From the NCBI GenBank assembly GCA_013265495.1, contig MU058844.1, positions 5,186,344 to 5,250,343 on the forward strand: a stretch of 64,000 nt of DNA, written 5' to 3'. Under the pieces are notes generated by a model. The model made no database searches. It was not told where the DNA came from and saw only the letters and a program-made list of their open reading frames with translations. A program made the position numbers and the translations under genes. The DNA comes from Vicugna vicugna (lineage: Eukaryota). Positions 1-12,720 of this stretch are shown here, in pieces. How positions within the stretch are numbered: the first letter of the stretch is position 1; each line of letters opens with the position of its first letter.

Positions 1-3000
1 AAATACTGTCATACAATAATACATCTCGGATTAGGGAAAAAAAATTGCACTGTGGAGCTTGTGGGGAAAATATTATCTGGGTAATATAATTAATGGCCTG
101 TCCAGAGATCAGGGATCAGGATACATGCTGATATTTCAATTCCAAATACTCTGTATGAAAGATGGACTGCTCAATATATCTTTCATGTAAGAAGTTTATG
201 AGGTTTCCTTAATAACTTATCAGGTCGTATAAGACCTTACTGTGTGAAATATCTAGCAATACGTCATTTCAGATATACAACCATGGCCGTGCAGCGCAGT
301 GTAGCTAGAGAATGAGGTGTGATAGCTCTGTTACACCATGTAGTGTTCAATAGTCAAACTAATGAAATTTATCTAAAGGATTGAACTCAATTAGATACAT
401 CATAAGCCATCTTCCAAAGCAATCAACTCATGACATTATTATAATTATGCAACTATAATATCAAATTATTGAAAACTCAGTTTGTGTATCCAACCGAAAC
501 TTTATGTAATAAGATCTGCTTCAGTTTATAAATTCACGATCCCTCTGGTAAAAGGTCACTAACATTGACCTTCTAACAGTAGACTATGCATCTTATTCTT
601 CCTTCTTATTCAAATAGTAACCAATTTTCACTGCTTATTTGTAATCTTTCAAATAACAGAACTGGACATATTCTCATATATGTGTCTCATGTCAGATTCC
701 CATTCTTCACTTCCTCTCTGCCACTGTCCTTAACCCAAGGTACCCTGTCGATCAGACAGTATTCTTTACAATGATGCTATATTACATCCTGCCCTAGCAC
801 CTACGTGCATATTTTCCCTCCTCTGAATACCAATTCTGACTTGTGTCTTTTTTCAATTAAAACAAGAATTGTGGCACATATATTTGAAAAGGTGATGAGA
901 AATGAACAGACTGCAAAATGAGTTAGACTTGGGAGAACAGAGAAAAGATCAACTAAAATTCATATTGTCAAGAAAGCTGTTAAATATTCAAAGCATCTTA
1001 CAGATTTCCATGTTGCCATTTGTTTGCAGGGAAAGAAGTTACATAACAAATAGGTAGTAAAAGTAAAATTATTAAGATTCATTTAAATCTACCACAATTA
1101 GAAGAAAAGGAAGGAAAATTAGACTTTGATAATTTACAAAAAAACAATCAAGAAAGATCTTTGTGTAGTCATCTGAGAAAAAAGGGTAATTCAAAATTTG
1201 AAGAGCTGAATGGCAGTACACAGGTATGAAAACTGCTTGATTCAGTGGAAACTGGAGAAATGTATAGAGAATAAAACTGAAGGGTGAAACTAAAACAAAT
1301 TCATATATGTTGGATGTTGCACCAAATAAGGGGGGATGGCTCTTATTTACATTTTCATAATATAGCCACTATAGAGTTTTCTACAAATGCTGGAGCTCTC
1401 CTCATTGATATATTTTAATACACCTGTGATAACGACTTGTTTTATTAGTATACAAATTTACGTTGGTAGGGTATGTCTGAGCCTGTTACACATGACAAAC
1501 ACTGAAATTAGTAGCCTCCTAAGATTTTGATGAGATTCTTTCATATTATTGCCTTGTATCTTTATTTAATCTAAGCCACTATCATAAATTCATCTTGATC
1601 CAGTGTTGTGATATTTCTCCCCCCTTCTAATTACTCTTAGAATACACATAATCTGAAGGTTTTACCACCCTTCTTCAAGGTGACTGTCAAAAGTTAAGTC
1701 TTTATTGAATATTCAAGTATGGAGAGGCTAACCTCCATAAACAGAGAAGGAAAGCTTGCTTTTGTTGACAAAGCTGACTCAGTGTCTTTTGAAAGTTCAA
1801 ATTATTTAGTCATTATAATATTCACAAATACTCTCATTCCAATTTTCAGGCTCTGTTTTCTCTAAAAAAAAGGTCCTTATTTTCAAATAAGAGACTGAGC
1901 AATGCTTTGCATTCAACATGTGCTATAATTCTGCAAATTGCAATATCAAACTTTGAGTCTGGCTTTTAGATAATGTTCCTGTGATTACAGTAGATAAAGA
2001 TATCCTGTCTAGTTAGTAAAGAAGTTCTCTAGTCTGAAGTCTGGACCATCAAACTTAACCTAGTATTTATCATTTTCTCCATAGTATTCCAATACAAAAG
2101 CCAGTTTGTCTCCCAAGTGCTGCCTTGAAAGGTGGTAAGTTAAATAATTTATTTCATAATAGATGCTACATGCCATGAACTATCAGTATCCTATTGTCTG
2201 TTAGCAACGTATTTATTATGCCCTCTAATTCAGCCTAGTTAAAGAATCTCAGATTTCTATCTTATAGTTAATTTCTAGGGAATTATTTATTGTACCAAAT
2301 ACTATATAATTTATGAAGTAGTTAGGAAAACAACCACCAATGTAGATATTTCAACAAAAAGAGATCTAGTATAGGAAACAAGTTTTTCACGCATGCTGGC
2401 AGGATCAGAATCTGCCCCTTAGGGTCTGAAATGGCAGATTAGCAAGAGGTCCCAAAAGGTGTAGGAAGACTTAACTTCCGTATGTCTGTGCTCCAAATTC
2501 TTTCCTTTAATTGTAGGGATCTATCTAGAATCCCGCTAGAATGGGAATATGAGAAATGGAGTTGTTTTTTAACCTTTATGCTCACATGAAATGCTTTGAA
2601 TAAATGGGCAAGTACTGAGTATCAACAAACACCACCTGACACAGGTTTTCTGGGCAGCCATTATATGTGTTCGTGTTTTTACCACCATCCTTTTCAGGTC
2701 CCTATTTGATTCTGACCCTAGACAACTATTTTCCTTGAAAGAGTATGTATATGTTGGCAGTCTTAAGTGAGTAGGTCGTGAGACCCAGGCCAAAGTTCAC
2801 AGTAACTTGCATGTGTGAGGTAAGAAGTAAATGTACGCATGCGCTAGTAGCATGAATAACTAGTTTGAACAATACTCATGCACAGGCATAATAAAAGGAC
2901 AAGTGGGTATGCCTGAGGGGCACACCACCTGCTTGTACTGCAATAAGGTGCTGTTTTGCTCCATGTCAGCTCCTCGCGCATTTTTCCAGTTGCGCAGCTC

Positions 3001-3126
3001 ACCTCCTCAAATCCCACTCCAGCCTTCCGCGGCTGACAGTATATATGTAATCAGTCCTTCTTTCTCTCTTTCTCCTGCCCCTCCATGCACTTCCTCACCC
3101 TTTCCCTCTCTCTCTCATCAGTCGGT

Positions 3127-4796
3127 TGTTAAAAGATAAACTGAGGCATATTAAAATTTTTAGGAATATTTTTCAAATATTTTATGAAGTTTCAGCTGGG
3201 ACAAGCAACAAATGTTCCTGGCAGTATTGAAAAACCCCATCGACACACAAGAGGCATCCCCAAAGAGGCTTCAAAAGTCACTACCCTCTCAAGACACAGA
3301 GCCACTCCCAAAGACAACAAAAAGAAAGACTTAGACAATTTCCCTGAGAGCTGGCAACAGTAATAACCTAGCCGCCAATGGAACACGACCCACATTTCTG
3401 TCTGCCCATATTTTGCCACCCCCAGACCCCTCACCCGCCGCCGCCGCCGCCTAGTCAAACCAACTGCATACACAAGAACCCGAGAGTCCCAGTCAGGCAG
3501 AAAGCCAAGTCAGGTACTCAGGGCACAAAACAAACAAACAAGGAGGCGATAGCTGTCCCTGAGGGAGAAAGAGCTCACAACCAACGGGTCCCCGAAAGCA
3601 AATTCACCAGTAACAATTCAAAGATTAAATAAATAAATAAACTTTGTTTAAAAAAAAAATTAATTCTTACAAATGTGTTTTTGCCTGCCAATCTGAAGGG
3701 AAGGGACAACATGAAATTTTCCCTTCCTCTGTCAACCAGGCACCACAGATAGAAACCTAGGAGAACTGACTTTGATAAGAATTCTTACCCTTGGCCGGCT
3801 TCTGCCAGTTTCCTCAGGATTCTGTAGGCTCTGGAGCAGGTAGGGTGTCCTAGAGAGTCTCATCCTGGTCACGGAAAAACTGAGGAGGAGGAAAAAGTTT
3901 TCCCTCACGCTTTGTAAGTGCTTGGCTTGGCTGAAACCACGTTCTTTCTAAGGTACCTCGTGAACGAGTAAGTTAATTTAGGTTTTAATAGTTTTCTGCT
4001 GTGGCCACAGTAATTCCAGATTATCTTGGATAAGGTTAACCTGCCTGTTCAGATTCAAAATGTTACTCACCTGACGCCTCACGCGGTGCCCAGTTCAGCT
4101 TAATTGGGACCCAGTCCCACCCCGGAACTAGTCTCTGTTCTAACTCCTCTACCGTCGGAACCTAGACCCGGTCCCGTTTCTAAGTCGGACCTGGTCCAAC
4201 CTTAGATTCGGTCCGGCTTCTAAGTCAGACCCAGTTTGGCTCCAGCTGGTTTCTGGAACCGGTCTGGAAAAGAAATGCTCAAGTAAAGTCTGAAAGCTCC
4301 TCAAACGAATACCTCGAGGCTCCTAGAGGGACAGACCGGCTCCTCCTGAGGCGGCGAGGAGGCGGTGAGAAGGCGGCGATCCCAGGGTCTCAGCAGGTAC
4401 CCTGGTTTTAATCGGCTCCTGGGCCCTCGGGGTCTCCTTTGGTTCCCTCCTCTTACTGTTACTAGGAGAACTGTTAAAACATAAAACTGAGGCATATTAT
4501 AGTTTTTAAGGCTTTATTTGGTCAAAAATCAGTTCAAATCGGGCAGCATCCAGTCTGGCAAGTAGAAAGGAGCTGTAGGGTGCAGTTCAGAATGAGATTT
4601 TTACAGGCAGAAGGGAGCAAAACAAGGAAAATAAACTAGGCGAAAAAGTGGGTTGCTTATTGCAAAATTAATCCTTTAGGCCATGCCAGATGATAAGGCT
4701 ATTCCTAATGAAATTAAAACTAAAATTAAGTCTGTTTGGTGATGTGTGGCTTAACATAAGCAACTCCATTTTGGACCAATTGCCTTGGTTTTAACA
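3127..4796 (-). mobile_element. Internally deleted ERV1 (MER4-group-like) provirus remnant: 5' LTR, leader sequence and about 40 bp of a 3' LTR end
   Basis: The LTR terminus TGTTAAAA.ATAAA(A)CTGAGGCATATTA occurs at 4472 and again at 3127. Between them lies a CpG-retaining leader with degenerate GACCCGGTCC..TTCTAAGTC repeats (about 4100-4265) and minus-strand splice donors CAG|GTGAGT (4073-4065) and AGG|GTAAGA (3791-3783). No gag/pol/env ORF. Confidence 0.75.
4472..4796 (-). mobile_element. ERV1-class LTR (325 bp)
   Basis: 9-bp terminal inverted repeat TGTTAAAAC...GTTTTAACA; minus-strand AATAAA near 4513-4518; AAAATGGAGT motif near the minus-strand 5' end, typical of MER4/MER41-group LTRs. 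Confidence 0.8.
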
Positions 4797-5477
4797 CGTG
4801 TTATCAATATATATGCAAGCATATTTAAATAGTTATAGCCATGGGTTTTCTGTATTATTTTGGTCTGGAAACCAAGATGTCTCATTTATTTTAATTGCAG
4901 TGAATTAAATGCATATTACTATTCCTATTGGAGGAAATTGTTATGCATAGAGTTCCAATCAATTACATCCTATCAGTAAATGTCTAATCTAGATTCATCC
5001 TCTGGCTTCGGGACCAGGGCTCCTTTCATACCACAACTGCCACAATAATGGCAATAGGGATATCAGCTATCTCCAGGTTTGAGCATATTCTAAGTGACTA
5101 CATAATGGAAATAAAATCCACCACTGTTTTTATATCCTTCATTCCTTCCTTCAGCAATACCCTTTGTGTCAGTTTGCCTGATTCTGTGGCATCTAAGATA
5201 GAGAGGAAATAACTCCTGACATCAAAGCATTTACATTCAGTTCTATATGACAAATAAGTAAATGATTATTTTACAACAAAGTAAAATAATAGGACAAGAT
5301 CACATATAGAATGAATAGAGGAAAGATTCCTAACCTAGATAATGTAGTCTGTGGAAGATGTTAGAGATGACCTTTCAGGAAGTTTTATCTGAGCTGAATC
5401 TTGAAAGTGGATTATACCAAGTGAAAAGAGAGGGTTGTGCAATTGCACTGCTCAGTGTACTACTTAAGAGAGATTGC

Positions 5478-6120
5478 TGTGTAGAATGTAGTTGACAGCT
5501 CCAGATGACAACTACAGATCCCTGTGGATCTACTATGAAGTTTGTACCAAAGTCACAATTCCCTCTGGGCTGTTCCCAGATAATGATTAAGCACAGCAGT
5601 TTCCTTAGTACTGTCCCTTTTTGCCAGACGTGGGTTTCCTGGAATGGGCAGGATTTGCTTAAAGACTCCACATTGGTCTTGCAGAACTTTGCACTTTTCT
5701 GGATTACTTCTTAGTCAATCCTTTTTTCTCTCTCCTTTTGCAAGTATTTTTTAAGCTGTGGTCTGAAGGCTCTCCATGCCTTCTGTCCTGGTTTATGCTT
5801 TATAAGCATTTGCACCAAAAATACCTGTCTTATTTGTTCTGTCTTGGTGTCAGCTTGTAGACAGCCTAAAAAGACAGCTAGTTCTGAGAATATTTAGAGA
5901 AATGGATTTTAACAGTGGCTGATTTATGACCCAGTTGGTCATGTCCCAAGCAAATGTGGGACACGGGTCATCTCTGCCACAAGGTGGTGGCCCAATTGCT
6001 AAAGATTTCATCATTTGGTGACCTGTGCAAACATCCTGGTGAGAGAACACCTTGCCAATGTGATCATTCCAGCATTTTAAACATATGGGGGGCAATCACT
6101 GCCAGAAAAGTGGATGCCTA
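5478..6120 (+). mobile_element. LTR16A-like ERVL LTR (5478-5876) followed by a degraded 5' internal (HERV16-like) segment
   Basis: TG...CA ends; recognisable LTR16A-type blocks (gggctgttcccagataatgattaagcac; gtggtctgaaggctctcc; gtcttggtgtcagcttgtag); downstream gtggcccaattgctaaagatttca resembles the ERVL gag 5' region. Confidence 0.65.
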
Positions 6121-6859
6121 ACAGAAGGATAATTTAAAAAACTGAGGTAGATTAACAGTTAAAGGTTATGTATGAGATCCAGTCTTTTTCATAACTGTTG
6201 TATTAATATGCAACTAACTCAGATATGAGGTATTCTCATCCAGATGTGAGTAAAGAGTACATAAAATTCATTATGTTCAATCAGTAAAAATTGACCGTAG
6301 GTATAAATAATTTGTATTGGAAAAGTAAAAGTCAGAACATTTAATTGGCTTGTGAGAAAAATTTGGGGGGGTTTTGTCACAATCTTTAGGAAATAATTTA
6401 TTTTCCTTCTTATTTATGGACTAATCTATATATAGATGGTGTGCATGTGTGTATATTTTGTTTCTTAAAGTAACTTAGAATTAGTTCCCAGAATTGTATG
6501 TAAATGTTTAGTTACAAATCCACCATTTTAGGTCACATATTACAAGGAAAGTTTGCTAGGTCAAGAAACAAAATGAACTTAATTCACTCATGCTCTATGT
6601 GGCTCTTCCTTAAAACTTTCATCAGATGGAACCAGAGCAAGCCAATTTTCCTGTTGCAAACTTAAAACCTTAAGTGTTTATCTGCTTCTCACTTAGCATT
6701 GGAGAGCAGCCAAGTCCTGTTTTTGTTTGTTTGCTTGTTTCACACTGTGATTCCTCAAGTGTCAAGATTGCCCAGAATGTGGTAAAGACTCAGTATAGTA
6801 TAGCCTATTCAACTATAGTGAACTGTCTGGTCAAAATTTATCTTGGAAATTTTCTCAAT

Positions 6860-7175
6860 TTCTTTAATTTTTTGAGGAACCCTTATACTTTTTGATAATA
6901 GCCAGTCTAACAGGTGTGCAGCTGTATCTCACTTTGGTTTTTGATACGCATTTCCCTAATGATAGTGATGTTGAACACCTTTTCATGTACCTGTTGGCTG
7001 TTTATATATTTTCTTTGGAAAAATGACTATTTAGTTCCTCTGCCCATTTCTTAATTATTTTTACTATTGAGTTATATAAGTTACTTTTATAATTTGGATA
7101 TTAAGCCCTTATCCAACATGAGATTTGCAAAAATTTTCTTCCATTCTGTATGTGGCCTTTTGTCTTGATTGTTTT
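6860..7175 (-). mobile_element. Old LINE-1 ORF2 C-terminal fragment
   Basis: Aligns by eye with 18700-19110 of the young L1 in this window (catttccctaatgatagtgatgttgaacaccttttcatgt; ctctgcccatt). Confidence 0.8.
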
Positions 7176-7964
7176 AATTTTTGTAAGTATTGTGAAAGAG
7201 AAGTAGAAGTTGTGAAAATAAGTCCAATTGAGTCAAGGGTAGCACTGTTGGGGACTGACAACAAAACGGAGACTTGAAGAAGTAGAAGGTGCTGCCACTG
7301 GAGATGAGAGTGCGGTGGTAGCACATACATAAATATTAGTAAGTAACTTGAGAAGATCTTATTTTCCCTTTCAAGTGAGGACTATAACTTCTTTATATTT
7401 TAGTCAATGTTTAGTCATGATGTTTTTCCTATAATCTTACATCTAAGTTAAATCTGTTGAAGTAATTATGAAGAAATTTCTTTTGAAAATAGAACATCTT
7501 GCATCCCTGAGGTCGACAGAGCTGAAGAAAGAAATCATAAGAAAATCTTCTGTGTAATAAATGGCTGGTTACGGCAACGCTTTGGATTTTTTTAGGTAAA
7601 AAGAAAGAGAAAAAGAAAGAAAAAGAGGAATGTCGTAGTAAAGTTTTCAACTTTATTGGTAAAATGTTGAAGAAGTTAAGGGAAGAGTGGTAAAAAGTGA
7701 AGTTTTGTGTAAGATTAACAATCTGTGACTATACCATATTTGATCATGGAGTTGGCACTCATAAGACAAGAAGAATAGTTAATATACCAGGCTAGAGAAA
7801 TCACTATATTGGGAGTCAGGGAAGCTGTATTTTAATTCATACTGCACCACTCTACCTGTAAGAATTAGATAAGAAATTTATTTAATTTATAAAGTTTATG
7901 AATTAGAGTAGAATAAAATATCTCCAAGGCAGTAAAAATGTAGTTGGATGTTTGAGGAATCTAA

Positions 7965-8066
7965 TGCATTGTTTCTCAAACTTTGATGCACCGAAATTCT
8001 CTATTATGTTAATAGGACTACATCGGACCTAATGATTTTTTGTGCATACTTGTTTGATAACATCTG
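7965..8066. mobile_element. MER5-like hAT-Charlie fragment, internally deleted
   Basis: Ends resemble MER5 terminal repeats (cattgtttctcaaactttgatg ... gtttgataacatctg). Confidence 0.4.
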
Positions 8067-8274
8067 GTGTAGTGAACTCTGGGTTGGATTTCAGTGAGGG
8101 TCTGGAAAAAATATTCCCAACAATGGAAATGTAAATACAAACTATTCTCTTTAGAATTAATTTAGAAGAATCATTTTAGTAGTCAAGATGAGTGTGTGAT
8201 GACTGCACATACTATTTCAAAATATTTTGTTGTAATTAAAATATTATTTACTACTTTGTGTAGCTACTCTGGCT

Positions 8275-8926
8275 TCAGTGAGGTGGCGCATAACTCCTAC
8301 TCAGTTGTGGGCTGGATATAGTGACTTCATGCTCAGAGGTATAGTATATAAAGGAGAAAAAAGTAAGTTTGCAGTGGAGAAACCTGACAAACCCCTCAGT
8401 CACCTGTGAACACAAACAATAAGCTATGTGGATAGTATGTGCCTTTATGTGAAGATATGATGAAACTGATATTTTACCTCTGTGATATTCCCCTATCCCC
8501 TCAAAAAAACCCAAAGCAAAAACAAAACACCCTATAATCCCAGTGTAATCATGCAAAAAAATCAAAGAAATCCCAATTCCAGGACACTCTACTGACTAAG
8601 AGTCTCCAAAACTATTAAGGTTGCAAGACACAAATTCTAAGGTACTCTCATGACTAAGGAGCCTAAGAAGACATAATGAATAAATATAATATTTTGTGTG
8701 AAATCCAGGCCCAGAAGGAAGAACACTAAATAAAAACTAAGGAAATCTGAATATAGTAGGGACTGTAGTTAATCATAATATATCAGTACTATTAATTATA
8801 ACAAATGTATCACACTAATATAAGATAATAATAGGAGAAATGAAGCAGATATATAGACATTCTCTGTGTTATTGTCACAATTTTTCTATAAATCTAATCT
8901 ATTCTAAATAATGTTTATTTAAAAAA
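8275..8926 (+). mobile_element. Old L1 (L1MC/L1MD-type) 3' UTR fragment
   Basis: Typical motifs gcagtggagaaacctgacaaac, aaaactaaggaaatctgaata, attataacaaatgtatcacactaat, ending in tttctataaatctaa and an A-rich tail. Confidence 0.7.
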
Positions 8927-10139
8927 TACTAAGTTAATTAAATATATTTCTCTGTAGCTATTGCATAAAAAGGCATAATCTTCCTAGGATATAAAACAGA
9001 ATAAAGGTATTGTGAATAATTTATGTTCGTTTTAAATGAAACCTAGTTATAAAACTATAGAATACAAAGGCCTCACATTCAGCAAGTTTTCCCAACGAGT
9101 CAGAAAAAAATCACATTCAGGTAAAAGTATTTATATAAAATTTTAAATTGTATTTATTACATTTAAAAGAAGATGTAAATTAGTGATAAAAACACATTAG
9201 CCTTTGGCAAAAAAAAAAGTGATCTTGTAAAGTGTATTTCAATTTGTTATATCTTTTTAAAAATTCATTATAGCTGTAACATCAGGAAACTCTGTAGTAA
9301 TATTTAGGCTTCAACTTCTTTAAGATTCACTGGAAGATTAATTACTTCAGTTTTGAGGTGATAAAAATTAGGAAAATCATATTAGAAAATAGCAATCATT
9401 AAAATACCCAGCTCTTACTTTTAGCCTATTAACTATTTGTAAAGGCAGAGATATCCGCACTCCTGGTAACACCCAAGATTAGAGTAAAGTTGGCTTGTAC
9501 CTACATTTCCTCTGAAATAAAGCATATTGTAGAGACATTTAAATACTTCTTTAACGGTCAAGTTTCTTAGACATGTTTATTATTGTGAATAAATAGTATT
9601 AGGTTGTCATATCCAGCTGCATCCAACTTGAGATTTGTGCTGTTGCTTCTGCTACTAAGTCTAGCTAATGATCCATGCCCTGTAGTACGTAATCAATCCA
9701 TAGTTCAGTGTTAATAAAAAGGGGTAGGAAAAACCACCCATTCATGCCATTTCAATCAGTTCATCATTTTATTAACTAACTGACTGTTAATATCTGCCTA
9801 CTCATAATTTTGAAAGCTTTCTCATATGATGAATATTACATACATGATCAACCCTTAGAAAACTTTATAAGACTATATTCTTATAAATTATAGTATATTT
9901 TTATCTATATAATAATTAGCCCAGGCTGTCAAAATTATTTGTAACAAAATGACCAAAAAAATGCAGTAGAGGATAATCTGTTCTAATAAAATAAACTATG
10001 GCCATTAAAATTTCAAGTATGAGTGACAGGTGGTACAATTTTCCATGCATGACGAGTGATTATTTCTATTAACCTATGATATAAATACCCTTCATGCTAT
10101 GTAACCTTATTTTCAGCATAACAGAATCTACTTAATATT

Positions 10140-11060
10140 TGTACCAGTTAAGGCTCTCCTGTTTGTGCTGTAGTAGCATAAAACTCTTAAAATTTCAGCA
10201 GCTGAAAGCAATTAAAGGTTCATTTTTTTTTCCCAGCACAACTTCCACCTTGGGTCATCTGGGTGCTTTGCTCCATGTCATTCTCATTCTCAGCCTCAGC
10301 TTTAAAGAATCTTCACTCTCTGGGACATTTTTGTTTACCATCTCATAGGAAAGAAACAAAGGGGTGTTCACACCAACAACTTAATGCTCTAGCCCGGAAT
10401 GACATATCATTCCCAACAACATAATGACCAGCTCTAGTTACACGGCTCCACCCAATGCAAGGGAGAATGTGTTCAGATTCCCAAGATCATTTGTAGCCTT
10501 ATGATTCCTTAGAAGGATACACGGAACTGAGTTTATAGTTGTATTCATGGCTAATATTTATTATAGTAAAAAGATACAAAGCAAAATCAGCAAAGAGAAA
10601 AGATGCATGGGGTGAAGTCCAGAGGAAACCAAGCACAAGTTCCAAGAGTTCTTTTGCAGTGGAGTTAACATAAGACACATTTAATTCCCCCAACAATGAA
10701 TTGTGACAACCCATGAGAAGCATTGTCTAGGGAAGTTAGAGACTCAGTGTTCAGAGGTTTTACTGTTCCTGTGAGTAACCTCTGCTTAGAAGATATGAAA
10801 ATTCTGGACTCAGAAAAGTAGGTGTTCAGCATAAATCATTTTGTTTACTTAAAATCCTAAACACAGCAAACCATCATTCTTGATTAGGAACACTGTGAGA
10901 GACAAGTTTCCAGATGCCAGCCAAGGTCCAGCCTTGTAAGCAAGCTGTTCTAAGGAGAGTAGTCTCAGGTAAATTGTTTCCTTTACAGGCAGTGAGAATT
11001 TAATCTCCACTGTACTCAGAATAACAAAGAACTGAATTTAGATAAGCATTAAAATCTCTT
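10140..11060 (-). mobile_element. MLT1 (J/K-like) MaLR LTR, interrupted by a MER68-like LTR
   Basis: tgtaccagttaagg start; gctttgctccatgtc and ctagttacacggctccacccaatgcaaggg blocks; similarity resumes after 10987. Confidence 0.55.
10468..10987 (-). mobile_element. MER68/MER21-family ERVL LTR
   Basis: TG...CA ends; diagnostic gatacaaagcaaaatcagcaaagagaaaagatgcatggggtgaagtccagaggaaaccaagcacaag and cagatgccagccaagg blocks; about 520 bp. Confidence 0.75.
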
Positions 11061-12139
11061 TTTTACTATTGTTAATTGTAGCTCTAAGGAGAGTTCAAAC
11101 ATAACCATATGAATTTATGGTGTTTGTATTTCTCTGAATAGTGTTTTAGCAATATAGTAGGATTTTCAAGAGAAATTTTAAATATTTGGTGGAAAAAACT
11201 TCTAAAGAGCAATATTTAGCAATATTAATCAAAGTTTAAGTTCACAAAGGAAGTTAATTTTAATATTTCATGATGTACAAGTAACATGGGAAAGAGAAAG
11301 AAAAATCTCGTGTTAAAAAAATCTGTGTCAATACTTGTACTTACATATCCATATGCATTAGAATATACACATATATTTACTTGTATATACATAGACTATT
11401 CTAGGAAAGATACAAATAAAAGTGTAAGGAAGAAAGGACTACCGCATGTAAAGATAGAGAAATTGCTTGTCAATATATACAGTTTATTCTATTTGATTTT
11501 TTTCTCATCTTCATATATTTTTAAATAAAAATTTTTTTAAGTTCATCTGGAAGGATAAATGTGAAAATTCCTTCTCTATTTTTATAAAACACTATAGAAA
11601 GCTTTTTAATACTAGCTGATAGTGCTTCAAATATAGATGGATAAAGAGAGCTTATCAGCAAACCCCAAAACAGACAATATTAAATACATAATTCAGATGG
11701 AAAGGTAATACATAATATATGAATTCAAACTGTGGGGTATGGATGATGAGGTAGCAGAAGTTTACATGTTCTTAGAAAAGTTAGAAGAATATCTTTCTGC
11801 ATTAACTTACCATTTTCATTTCCTTGACTCCCCAAAAAGGCTTCCTTGCTCTCACGTTTTAAATAATTTCTCTGAAAATCATCAATAAGATGTATTGGCA
11901 TTACCCCTCTTACAAATATTTATTGGGCTAGGCCCTAGGTCAATATTAAAAAGAGATGTGTACTTTGTTTCTCACCTCCCTCTTTTTCTTAATTTTTCTT
12001 CTTCCCCAAGCAAAATCATCTCTGCATGCATGTTGCCCTGTGAATAGACTCTTAAGAACTTGTATTACCAATCATTCCATTGAATTTATATGCACATGTA
12101 TAAATCTCAGAGAAGAAAATAACACAAGCTAAAGCTGGT

Positions 12140-12720
12140 GATCCATATTAAAATATCATACTCCCATCCTGTAAACTAAGCAGAGGTTTTTGAAAATGAT
12201 ACTTTTCAACATTGACAAGCTGCAAAGAAACAGAAGCACCTAATACATAGCTAGTGGGAACCGAATTAGTTAATATTTCTAGAGATTAATTTGGCAGTCT
12301 ACAGCCAAAGATATTTATCTCAGGGTTAATAATAAAAAATAAAAAATAAATTAATAAAAATATTGGATTCTAGATACTTACAAGGCCATATTTTGTAAGT
12401 AAATAAAAAATAGAATGAGTAAGTAAATTAACCATATATATGATATATATTACATGTAAACTATAATAGTGTTTTCTAGACTCTAATGCTATAGGAAATG
12501 ATCAAATATAATGTTACGTTTTAAAGTGAATACAAATTTTTATATACAATCTGATCCCATTTTATTGCAAAAATTAGTCTATGGATGTTTGTATAATAAG
12601 TATTGGAAAATAATAGTTATTGTGTAAATAGTGATTTCCTCTAGGCATTTGAATTGTGAATATTTTTCTATATGTACTGTTCTATATTAAAACTATTTAT
12701 GATAATGACATTACTTTCAA
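12140..12720 (+). mobile_element. Highly degraded L1ME-type 3' fragment
   Basis: Faint similarity to L1 ORF2 end and 3' UTR (catagctagtgggaa...tttctagagattaatttggcagt; tgatcccattttattg). Confidence 0.4.

Noticed and set aside
3192..3632. Poly-Arg and poly-Pro ORFs (3192-3473 minus, 3378-3632 plus)
   Set aside because: Produced by a short (CCG)n tract in the ERV leader; no gag motifs recognised.
4100..4265. Regularly spaced GACCCGGTCC/TTCTAAGTC repeats, superficially like an array
   Set aside because: Degenerate tandem repeats within an ERV leader; no constant repeat with unique spacers, and the DNA is mammalian, so not CRISPR.
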